From Diplonema japonicum (Eukaryota > Protista > Euglenozoa: Diplonemea), in NCBI GenBank assembly GCA_964019335.1, contig OZ025665.1, forward strand, positions 558,001 to 622,000: a stretch of DNA of 64,000 nucleotides, written 5' to 3'. The position numbers and the translations under genes are program-made. Positions 45,501-54,300 of this stretch are shown piece by piece. The notes beneath the pieces are model-generated. The model did not search any database, was not told the DNA's origin, and saw nothing but the letters and a program-made list of their open reading frames with translations. Positions within the stretch are counted from its first letter, which is position 1. Every line of letters begins with the position of its first letter.

Positions 45501-45605
45501 GAATAGCTTTAAGGTGTTGTCCTTCGCCTCTTCCACTTCCATCATCCCCGGGAGCTTTGCGTTCAACGCCTCATAATCAAAGGGCTCTTGGTGGCTCCTG
45601 AGCAT
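39519..45605 (-). CDS. 2028-aa multidomain protein (EF-hand-like/p25-like region, IPT/TIG, coiled coil, two LysM, Pro-rich)
   Basis: IPT-like PELHSIDPVQGEVSGGYNAVLYGSGF; LysM-like YITQEGDTLVDLAEKFDTNVSQLLDTN and HMVASTDTLSALAEEYGVSCEILKKANFL. Confidence 0.8.
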   Translation of the reverse strand: MLRSHQEPFDYEALNAKLPGMMEVEEAKDNTLKLFRVVCSHGPDLAKGVVTFRRCAEWLADVGVVTRSDEESLPGTPESSQEAKTQFDPEAREETAKCLVEADNHNTALKAEKYRELKVQKNRFEALKKASECIWREAKSSASLGYRTRRLSLPDTAPDLTVQFAKKEKMSVAELTILFNQCRTVGQEGLRVKGFTIFLLRLAQIHHSVEFSNSCSKAVLMLFHATMTDFIYERSPQTETDVGHPLQAISNIPNILRTHSVLLRRLFLYYATKQVLQSFSDLTPFSLNIEQLNSLLSDCDVVPKQVSHGFVYEVFFEQCKQEPGKDLCIDFDSFVNCLIRIGFKMYLVAPHHEKLPTVAARLYCLLVKLTPVYSRIFQKPFTPLQDKIAAPELHSIDPVQGEVSGGYNAVLYGSGFDESQGVYVTFENDGKKVICTEVKPDLVRVVVPPCSGDVKMLCSILLQNQVYGAKITFTRTTQVRVSNDAKTFSSGLTFTYTEHGGELSFGGTQTRISSLFTEYAARKTNYQNDKYLGREAWDLIKKDFGLQEVNDSFWFDHYATTWEGASCLTFRRFLLVLVSIFAENAALSNPTDRASCSLVVSETIRSTFGAENAASLLLRTLSDNQSSLTMQKVRQLNSVLAVLNISTTCRRETSPDDALLDDESKHAVALPFPSGEIVNVKETRSMLVAYLKSNKDAEARSEFEKWRTKQTKDRIDPTENKPTADAELADAIEQHIDSETEPAHAPPEVHRDLLRYESTVPKGGHPWTPALDTIAEHEENYGQNTSVQVFDVPSVKFQMLGVFVKLAYDRVNQMTRRFYITEGKLKSQINELRENMVEKEEQVKQLREYATGLRQVSVTTDVMEKELFAQTYLKIEKEIIEKVRMDRVADEETEALKDEEAQRELLDAEREKVINEFSEGVQYQDGRFYTLIKLLANQTQWLESQKNIVIDLQSQLRIFKSQSESYKQFVIKLRDAGIGEEKLKLLDTEERKMREAQQLLAHNDAVASQKRKMNASHTAFEGATRQHVIEDLTYKVESVASPDRARKIDRPVTDNLETHLMHPDLNPDKIKEDQDRAIQEALREVESRKHSEQMEMQTKHHHEVTEIKQNAAVQIKKLEEEIFEKDEELETVKETVERLRQSTLEIDAVRFQEQLEAEQLRVEQLNKEKNELEATKPTRVEDIVPDGAPGAFVYITQEGDTLVDLAEKFDTNVSQLLDTNTQLEVVFEDEVLPIATGVVIPLTMTAIAALHDVHALTRERRQEYVVHMVASTDTLSALAEEYGVSCEILKKANFLPETGDIHDPSFLSGLLNKKLRVPHHTSNLRKSVIEVKLQANHEAEKQRQEDSEKAIIEKLKEQSCKTDMLLSNMRTKQNKFINLIRKTKTVDVPKEAQPGVEQSQPEKLPDLPKKPDPLPLPPPPPLPPPTPPPPPPKELQREDTRIMQPSEEASWHSSPPSSRPASSEPELHDVVDEVPVSNSGSTEEEKEITPPEEVREEREEQGKEEVATQVVVRGLTEEQLEHAVQLKSEAKKIRGGLVSLRNYVSTGKQKLQEFEAKSLIELGRLAEAQKNSDNNNKVVEKIVEKIVIVQKEDSGESPPSPSPYAPPLITHEEIPLRKPLGFGHVPVHKVISNIPQSRIAPLKKSPSEQSTSEQCNEPAELYLCPHGPFDEDTHSWVDSIGFPLRSHLGFTAFTAKPPPSSVSNPNTVSGTLRSTKFHPSSSERHAQDSSYEQRAAKLWKRVNSVQAQTSIEEHENFEKIKKIESVERTSMSKKMLATEIMAERIRTALDAKGKLEYRLHRVKQLQDREHQINREAVVKTREAITCAREKVYKAVQSSKIENARVLSNQKITWSMVAISKQRKQQRQANRVVARKAATFPLLDVAKSKPPPVVAKTFAVSQPPSNPLEAIQSNSSLTAAQKSTLCSIAAFENSVINNPDQNTTATAGLIKNFADLSSDSKLPWKRRLEEVKAHEHSILQELVAVTHQHPRAWTPQPRMPTPDVLSGCYVEAVKPFVPALSGSSLPKIS

Positions 45606-46192
45606 TTTTCTCCCCCCCTTCTCTCCCTTTATTTTAATTTTTTATTACAGTCTTCTTTTTTTTTTTTGAAAACAATAATACAGATAAAGGGACGGGATGA
45701 GTATAAAACCATTGGGCAAGGAAAGGGGGGGGGGGGTGTGAAATAAAAGGTTAAAAAAGAAATGGACACCAGGGGAGGGGATGGGAATGCGAAGGTGGCA
45801 GGGAAAGGGGGGACCTGGGACGAAGGGGGGAATCAGATACACTCTTTTTTGGGGGGAGGAGAAGGGAGACAATAAATCGCACTTAAAAAAAAAGAGACAT
45901 TTAAGGGTACCTGCGGTATGTGGCAGGACACCTTGAAACCCAAGCCCAAAAAAAGGTGAAGAGGAAATCAGAAAGAGAAAAAAAGAAAACCTAAGATGTC
46001 TTGCTTTTTTCTTTCCCTCCTTCTTTTTTTTTCTCTTGATTCTTTTAAGCAATCTTTTCTGGAACTAAGGAGAGTAAGGAAAGAAAGAGAGAGAGAGTGG
46101 GGGGGGGGGGGGGGGGATGGTTTTTTTCGGTTCTATTGTTGAGCTTAAACCGAAGTGACCCGTACAGTTAGATAACGTTCTTTTCTTTTGCA

Positions 46193-46232
<40 letters not shown>

Positions 46233-46852
46233 CAAATGCAATATGGCTTAAAAGCTTAGATCCCTTTGTGCCGAATAAGGATTTATTTCCGCGGGCGTGG
46301 CATTCTTCTCTCTTACTTGAGCGAAAAACCAAAGTGACAAAGCTTACCACATTTATTATTATTTCTTTTCTTTTGCTTTTTCTTTTTCTTTTTTTCTTCT
46401 TCTTCTTTAATTCCCGTCACCCTTTCATTCAAAAAATTGCCTTACCGGGTTATATTCCTCCCCCCCCCCCCCCATTTTCTAATCTCATTTTTTTTTGTTT
46501 GCCCCCGTTAAGCCACAAAAGATAAACTTTCGACAAAAAAGATTTTAAAATCAGATTGTTTACCGGATGGTACTACAGTTAAAAAAAAGGGGAGGAGGGA
46601 AAGAAAGAGGTACCAGATTTCTTTTCCCCTCTCTATCTTCACCCTCGAAGAAGAGATAATAAAAGAAAAGGACGGTTCGCTCTGTTCAAGTATATAAAGA
46701 AAAAAAAGAAAAAAAAAGGAGGGGAAGGAGGGATTTAAAGAAAAAAAAAAAGAATCGACCCAAACACTTATAACGAGTGGAACAAAGGAGGGGGAAAAAA
46801 AAAAAAAAAAAAAAAAAAAAAACACACTTTTTCTTGTCTCCCCCTTTTCTTT

Positions 46853-48477
46853 TTAGTTTTCCTTCATGGTGTCCCTGTAGTACTGAAACACTTCGCTAGT
46901 GTCAGCCACCCTCTTCAGCAGATCGACGCAAGGACTATATATATATATTTTTTTTTTTGCCCCCTCCTTACACATACCCCATGACCTTCTCGAAATGGCG
47001 CCTGTTCATCTTAGCAGTCCTGACACCAGGTGAGAGTGCAACAACATCGGCAACACACACATGGTTGTTGATAAACTCAAGCTCCCCAACACAATCCCCC
47101 TCAGTGAAGGTGCAGACCTTTTTTTTTCTTTTTTTTTCCTTAGAGCACACAAACCTGTACTTTCTCTTCATTCTTTCTCCCGATCACCTCCACAGTACCC
47201 TCCGTGATGATGTGGAACCACATCCCCTGCGAGCCGTGTTCGATTATCGTTTCACCGGTCTTGTACGTGGTACTCTTAAGAGCATCAGCAAGCTGCATCA
47301 ACTCCGCCGGCATCATCTTCTTCAAAAAGGAAATCCTTTCCAGGAATCCCATGTACCTCTGGCGCTTGTCGGCGCTCGACTTCGTGACAATGTGTCGGTA
47401 GGTGTTTCTGTCAAGCCTGAACCCTTTGAGCGACTCTGATGTCACAGAGACAGAACAAGGGTGAGGTGCGGAGTAGAGAAGATCAGTCTCGCCCAAGGTG
47501 TCGTTGGGGGACAGAGTTCGAATGGTAGAACCGGACTTAGATTCTTCCGCTGTACCTTCTCTGATGATTATGAGCCGGTCGCTTTCCTCGCCTTCTTCAA
47601 GTGCGAGTTCGCCTTTTGATAGGTTGATGGCTTCCATGGCACCGACGGCCTGTTTGAGTTCGAAATCTTCGAGGTGGGAGAAAAGGTGGACTTCTTCAAG
47701 AGTTGAGGTTAGCCATGCGGTGTCTGCGTCATCTTTGGGGACGAATCTTGCTTGGAAAGATGTCATGTCTTTCTTAGATATAACCTCACTTGAGACTGTT
47801 TTTCTTCTGTTCCCGCCGGCTTGCATGGCGCGAAGCATCATGGCTTGACGGGCTTCCTCCTCTTCATCTAGAATATCAGAATCATTGTCATCATCGTTTT
47901 CGTCATCGTCGGCTTCTTTCTCTTCTTGAACATCTTCTTCAATCTGAACACCTCCACCACCGAAGCAAAACCCTCCGAAATCATATTCGTCGGTTTCCAT
48001 TTCCTTCCGTTCCTCTGCTGTGATGACCAATGGGACCGCTGTCCCCTTTTCGTTTTTTTTAAGCTGGTATTCGATTAGCTTGGTGAATAGGGGCCGGATG
48101 TGAGTCTCGGCGATGTTGATTTCCCTCAAAGCCTGGTTGGCCTTGGCTAGTTCCAGCATGGATTCACCGCCTAACGGGAGATGGTTCTTGCTGATGTCCA
48201 GTGATGTCAGTGTTGGATGTCCTGTAAGCCGGGTACCGACTTCTTTTGCTGCAGGAGAGGTCAGTTGATTATCTGAGACGGAAAAGGAACGTATTTCCTT
48301 GCACGCTTTCACAACGTCCAACACCGGAACCAAACCCTTCAGCCCAACCATGTTGTTGCTCAGATCCAATTTCGACATGCCGACATCCGATGTCGGAAGC
48401 AGTTCCAACAATGCGGAGTTCGGTTTGATCTCCAACTCCTTGCACCGGTCTTCATACAGCTGTTTCGGGTTTGTCAT
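46853..48477 (-). CDS. PKAR: Kinetoplastid-type PKA regulatory subunit (N-terminal LRR, RRKTVS inhibitor site, two CNB domains); exons 48477-47155, 47117-46978, 46934-46853
   Basis: LRRs (LDLSNNMVG, LTSLDISKNHL), acidic linker, RRKTVSS, and CNB-B GELEFINNHVCVADV...TAKMNRRHFEKVMGP. Confidence 0.88.
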
Positions 48478-48561
48478 TTTTCTTTTTTTTTTTTTCTTTT
48501 GGGTCCTCTCCTCTCCCCTGTTTCTATTTTTTAAGGGGGGACAAAAAAAGTTTTTTTTTTC

Positions 48562-48592
<31 letters not shown>

Positions 48593-48637
48593 AAAAATCT
48601 GTTTTTTTTTTTTTTCCTTCTTTTTTTTCCATTCGAG

Positions 48638-48669
<32 letters not shown>

Positions 48670-48711
48670 ACTGCGAACGAACACTTTTTTTTTTTTTTGT
48701 TGGTTGCTCCC

Positions 48712-51234
48712 TTATTCTTCATCGTCAAGGTCGCCCTTCGCGTTTTTGGCTGCATGCTCTTGGCTGCCTGTGATCACATCGCCCGTCGTGGGTTCCAAAC
48801 CGGATTCTATTTTTTTCTTTTTTTTCTTCCCCCCCCCCGACAACAAACCTCCAATATTGACGTCATCATCATCATCAAAATTGAAATCAGCATAGGTGCT
48901 GTCTCGGGAAATAGTACCGCCCATGGTCCTGTGTGTGTTTTTTTTTTTTTTTTTTTTTTTCCCCTCTCTCCACATACGAGCTGGATTCAGACACAGCATT
49001 GAGCCTGGAGAAGGCTTCCCGACCATCCTCCGACAGGTCCTCCTTCATGAATAGATATTGAACCTCGAGCTCGGGGCGGCAATCGACTGTGAAAGCAATA
49101 AATAAACTTTATAAGAAAACCCCTCCTTCCATACCTTCTTGATAGGGAATCCTTCCAAACATGTTCAATTTGTTTGTCTCACTCGATTGCGACCATCTAG
49201 TTACCTGCTCCTCGATCAAGGTGTCCATGTTATCATAAGTTATGAAATCCTGAACCTTATGGTTTGTGAGGTATTGGAGGTCCTCGGAGTACCTATAATT
49301 TTTTAACTATCTACCAACGGACCATTTTTGCCCACCAGGGGGGTAAATTTTCAAAACTTCAAAAAAAACTATTCTAGCGCAACGCCGGGGCTATATGCCC
49401 CCGGAAATGCCTCCAGATGTCCCAATTCTAGAGAGAGGGTGCCCACAGCAGGTCCCACCCCCACAACATTGTCAAAAATATCGTTCCCGAAGTGCTCGAG
49501 AGGGGGTACAAAAAACAAGTCAAAAAAAAATCGACTGTAAAATTCTATAAAAAGCTATTTAAGGCCTTCTTGACGCGGTTCGTGCGTGCCCCAGGGCTGT
49601 CACCCAGCGTCGGTTCCGCCCATTGCGGTGTTGTAAATATGCACTTGGTGGGGGGCGGGATGTCCTTTCTGGAGGGCCTCCGGCTTTCATTCTCTTTTGG
49701 CCGACACGCCAAATTTGACTTCACCAGAACATCGAACGTCGACAGAAAGCGCACAGGCTTGATGACATGCCACGTTGTGGTGCAAAGGATGCTCACGTGC
49801 TGGTGGAACTGGGTGTCCCAGGGTGCGCGTCCTCGGGCCTGCGGCCTCGCTTCTTTGGGGCATCCGTGATCTCCGGGAGGCCTTTGCGATAGGTAGAAGT
49901 CAGCACGCTTGTTTGTTTCGCTGTGGAAACACAGATTTCCCAGAATAGTCAAAAAGCAGTCTCTTGACATGACGGTGGCCTACCCAGTGCGCCAGTAATC
50001 AGAATAATCTGGCTTGATATCCCAAGTCCATCGACAAAAGGGCACCTAGGAAGGTACGCAGAGAAGCAGCATCGAGATTCAGGGAAACACCTTTTTTAGC
50101 CGCATTTGCCACATTGTTCGAAGTTATGACCCGAATAACGTTTGGGACGAGCATTTGGGAGAATATATGGTATGGCGTTGAGCCTCTGATGTCAAAACAG
50201 GGTCCACAAGGATTCCGATCTTCACGAAACCGGATGCCTTCCAACTGCTCCGGCTTTGCCGTCTAATCACCCTGCTGTGACTCGGAATCGGTCGAATTCG
50301 AATCAGAATCACTGTTCGTATCAAAATTGCATAATAGGGATGAGCCATCAGTGCTACCATCACTCATAATGTCCTCTTCCGGCCTCTTTCTGGGTGCCCT
50401 TTTTTGAAGTGATTTTTAAGGGTAAATTTGGGCTGGCGTTTTTTTTTATTTTTTCATTTTCTTGCAAAGTTAGGGCAGCATTTAGTTTATATTTTTCATA
50501 TTTTCCGCGCAGGACGCGAGAAGTGTCCGGGCTGTATTGCATTGAAAGCCCTTTGCGCAAAAGATTTTTTTTTTCAAATCGTCTCTATAAAGACGCTCGT
50601 TGGTAGATGGTTAAAAGTTTTTTTTTTCACAACAATACCTCTCGTATTTCCATATATTGAGCTTCCATTTCCGGTCTAATATCATTTTCCGTCTCTTTTC
50701 TTTCAATTCGTTGATGGCGTCAATCTTTGCAAGGTCTTCTTGGAAGAGTTTCTCGCTGTTCTCTTCGCTTACCTCTCGCTCGGCTTTCTCCTCAAGCTTC
50801 ACCCGGCTCATCACGGTTAGATATTCGTCTAGGTTGTACCTGTCAGCATCCTGCCATTGCTTTCTATAGATTTTTCGAAGGTGCTCGTAGTTCTTTCGGT
50901 GGACCTGTAGTGACATTTGCAGGTCGTCCCAGTGTCGTTCCCTTGCTTCGACCCACAATGGGTCTTTGGAGTACAAGTATTTCCCGTGGCCCGTTAAGAA
51001 ATTGTAGTTTTTGCGGTACTTCGGGGGGACCAAGAAGGGTTCTTTTATAGGGGAATACAGTTCTTCTTCAGAAGGCGGCGTCAGCTGCAACGGGCCGAGC
51101 CCCGTCGGGGGAACGAAGTGCCGTTCCACACCATACTGGTCGCTCCCGTGATCCAACTTGTACTTTTCCGGAAGGAAGTCCACAGCTGTTTCGAATGCCG
51201 TTGCCATTGTCGCCGTTGTCCGCCGTAGCACCAT
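48712..51234 (-). CDS. Mitochondrial protein, mS26/MRPS26-like (exons 51234-50639, 49292-49135, 49086-48978, 48928-48849, 48806-48712)
   Basis: Presequence MVLRRTTATM and charged helical body. Splicing over the 1346-nt intron gives WKYER-YSEDLQYL...QDFITYDNMDTLIEE, resembling the MRPS26 FIT.EN...IE motif. Product assignment is tentative. Confidence 0.65.
49307..50610 (-). mobile_element. Decayed, internally deleted piggyBac-like DNA transposon (1304 bp) within an intron
   Basis: TTAA at 49303-49306 and 50611-50614. TIRs CTATCTACCAACG / CGTTGGTAGATGG (12 of 13 match). Transposase remnants PYHIFSQML..., LRTFLGALLSM, YSDYW and MSRDCFLTILGNLCF are broken by stops and frameshifts. Confidence 0.88.
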
Positions 51235-51380
51235 GTTTCTTTTTTTTTTTTTTCTCCTTTTTTTTTTCCCTTCTAAGGAAATCGAAAAGAGAAAGCGTGC
51301 TAACAAAAGAAGAAGAAAAAAAAAAAAGTAAAAGCGAGGAATTGTTTGGAAAACCACTTCTCTCATCTTTTTTTTTTTTT

Positions 51381-54300
51381 TTATTCGCACGTGTGGGTGT
51401 GTTTCACCCTTTGGATGATCAGCTTCAACTCCTTGAAGAGTGCCTCGTCTCGATTGCTCTCCTTCAAGATTTTTATCTGTTTGTTGCACAGATGCACTGC
51501 GTTGCTCAGGTCCTTCCCCGCAGGCGACGCCTCAGCAAGAAACTCGACAAGATCTGGAGGTGGGCTGGGGGTGGCGAGCACCAAGTGGAGAGGTGACCGA
51601 AGATGGGTGAAGCAAGGCAGAGAGCCTTGTTGAAGGAGGAGCTTTGTACAGGATACATGTAAATTGACGATAGAGTAATGAAGCGGTGGGTACCCCAGCG
51701 CATCAAGAAGATTCGGGTCCGCAGAGCGAGCCAAGAGAAGCGAAACTATCGGGTAGGGATCGGTGCCCCGGTGCAGTAACGCACAGTGCAGGGCTCTGTA
51801 ACCTTTCCCTTTACGCTTTTTATCGTGGTTTTCCTTTAACTTGAGCACTTCTTCGCTGAGCCCCTCCAATCGGTGATCGTGGGACCATTCTGCAAAACCC
51901 CCTGGGGACGTGCATATATCCATGAACTTTGCCCCGCACAACTTCCACATGGTTTCAAGTATAAAGGTGTTCTTGTATCGTTCGCCCCCTGCCTCGCTGA
52001 CGATTTTTTTCACCTCGATTCTGCTGAGCTGGGAAAACATGACCTCCGGGTCCTCTGTTGGCGAATCGACCGTTATGACCTCGCGCTGCTTTGAAAGCGC
52101 GGAACTGAAACTCTGCCTCCCGGCTTCACAGCGTGCCCTGTATGCCGGTTTCAAAACCGGTTTTCGCAGCAGGTTCTGCAACACAGCATGCCGCCCCAAC
52201 AACGCTGCCCGCTGGAAGGGGTGCATCCCGTCGCCGAGGCCTTCTTCAAGCCACGGCACCGATTTGTAAGGAAGCCCGTAAGGACAGGACAGCATTGCCT
52301 TGTTGGAATCAAGACATTCTGTCAGAGTAGCTGCGATGTTGGTGCTGTGTGAGAAGGACACGTAGCAATCATTCACCGTGAAGGACCCTGTAATGGGCTC
52401 CAGATCGGGGTCGAGCCAGGTGACTCCCAACGAGTTTTTACCTTGAAAATAGGTAACGAAGAGACCCGGTACTGGGTCGGGGTGGGTGCATAGATGGTCC
52501 CAAGCGGTTGCTTGGTTCAACGACGGGTGGAAGCACCCCGTTCTGGAGAAGCTTGAAAAGTTCCACAGGAGCTCAGTCTCGGGCCCGAACAGATTTTGAA
52601 ACCGTTCCCAGTCTTCCTCTTCGCAGTACCCTCCTCGGAGTGGTTCTAGAAAGTCCAGAAGAGGCTTTGCAATGTGGCTCAAGGGCCTTCCGTTTCTGGC
52701 GGCAAGCTTGCGTATGACAGCAGTTGTTTTGGTTCTGTTGTGTTTCTCGCCTTCATGGCGTTCCCTGACTACGAGCAAGCACCGTCTCCATGCGATTTCG
52801 TCTAATAAAAGCATGTCCCATGCTTGGTGGCGGAGGTCTCGTTTCTTGATCAGGTGGATGTGGTTCACCATTTTTTCCAACCCCGCGATAAACGACTGCG
52901 TGCTGTGCCCTGGTTCACAGATGACCTCGTGTTGCTGGGTGAACTCGTCCAGCGTTGTGCCTATAGATTTCAAGTCGTTCCGAAGCGACAGTGGTAGGTT
53001 CGACAGTTCGCCTATTAAGTACAGCACACGCTGTGTTGTCCACGATGTCAGAGGGAGATCAAGAGGTGGGTGCATTATACCGTCGTTCTTGGTGTTCATG
53101 AGAACCCAGACTTGGTGGAGGCCGTTGCTCGCTGGGTCCATACCCATGTCGGTAATCAGCCGTTTTACTGTCTTCTCGTCGCCCCTCAAGCCTTCCGTTA
53201 CAATGAACTCGTATAGTACTTTAGCCAAGGCTTGTACTAATGGTCTTCCTGTTGCGCCTGCGGTGAGGTTCTTCCAGGTTATTTTCGGTTTTGCTTTCTT
53301 AACGTGCCGTGGTCTCAGCACCCAGGTGATCTTTTCATTCTCCTCCCACTCGTCTTGTTCTTGTTCCACTTGCACGATGCTCTTTTGCTTCATGGAGGAG
53401 GTTAGTTTCCTAGAAGATGACCTGAGCTTTGCATCGAACATCGAACAGGGCAACAACGGGATCTGTGTATTGTTGTGATCCACAGTTTTAATAGAATACA
53501 AAATTGAATGTTTTTTTTTGGGGGGGTGGGATCAGTGTTGCTCGGAAATGAATAGGCTGCAGCATCGCTGACCGTCTTACTTGTTGCTATTAAACACGGA
53601 CCAAGATGTGAAATCATCATTTTTGTTCTCCTTCTTTTTTTTGGGGGGAAAAGAAAGAATACTAAAATGCAGATGGGGTTTGTTGGAGGATCAGTATATT
53701 GTTGTTGTTTAGGTTGATAAGTAGAATTGTAGTTTACCACTCGTCTTTCCCAAGAGGAAAAGGCGTCGTAAGTAGCGAATATTCTTACTGATCATCATTT
53801 GGCTATGAGGGGACGGACGGTATCTCGTCGAGAAACTTTACACGAGGTTATGCTAAGCGTACTCGTTGTGCGAATGTACTCCCCCCTGAACCCATAATCT
53901 TTGATTTCTCGTTTCAGGGGTTAGTGCCGTGAGAGCCATTTGAAGAACATCTCTCGATCCTGAGACGGCATCGTTTACAGTAGTGGACTACGACGGTATC
54001 TGATCCCCACACTCTCGTTCTTGATTAATGAAGACATTCTTGTCGAATGCTTTCGCAGAAGTTCGTCTTCCCACGATCTAAGAATTTCACCTCTGACGTG
54101 GGAGTACGTACGACCCCGGCAGTCCCTATTGATCCCGCTGGGTGAAGGTTGAGGGCGATTTGGCTCGAAGAGAAGAGTAAGGGGGGGGATCAGAATTCTT
54201 TGGTTGAGAAGTATAGTCCGCCATCAGTCCTTCTTGGAAAGGGCCGTCGCAGTGCGAATATTCATTTTACTGATCATCATGGATATTTTGATCAACAAGA

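Noticed and set aside
53869-54134. Functional rRNA gene
   Set aside because: Only ~266 nt, carries a deletion in a conserved helix and has no flanking rDNA.
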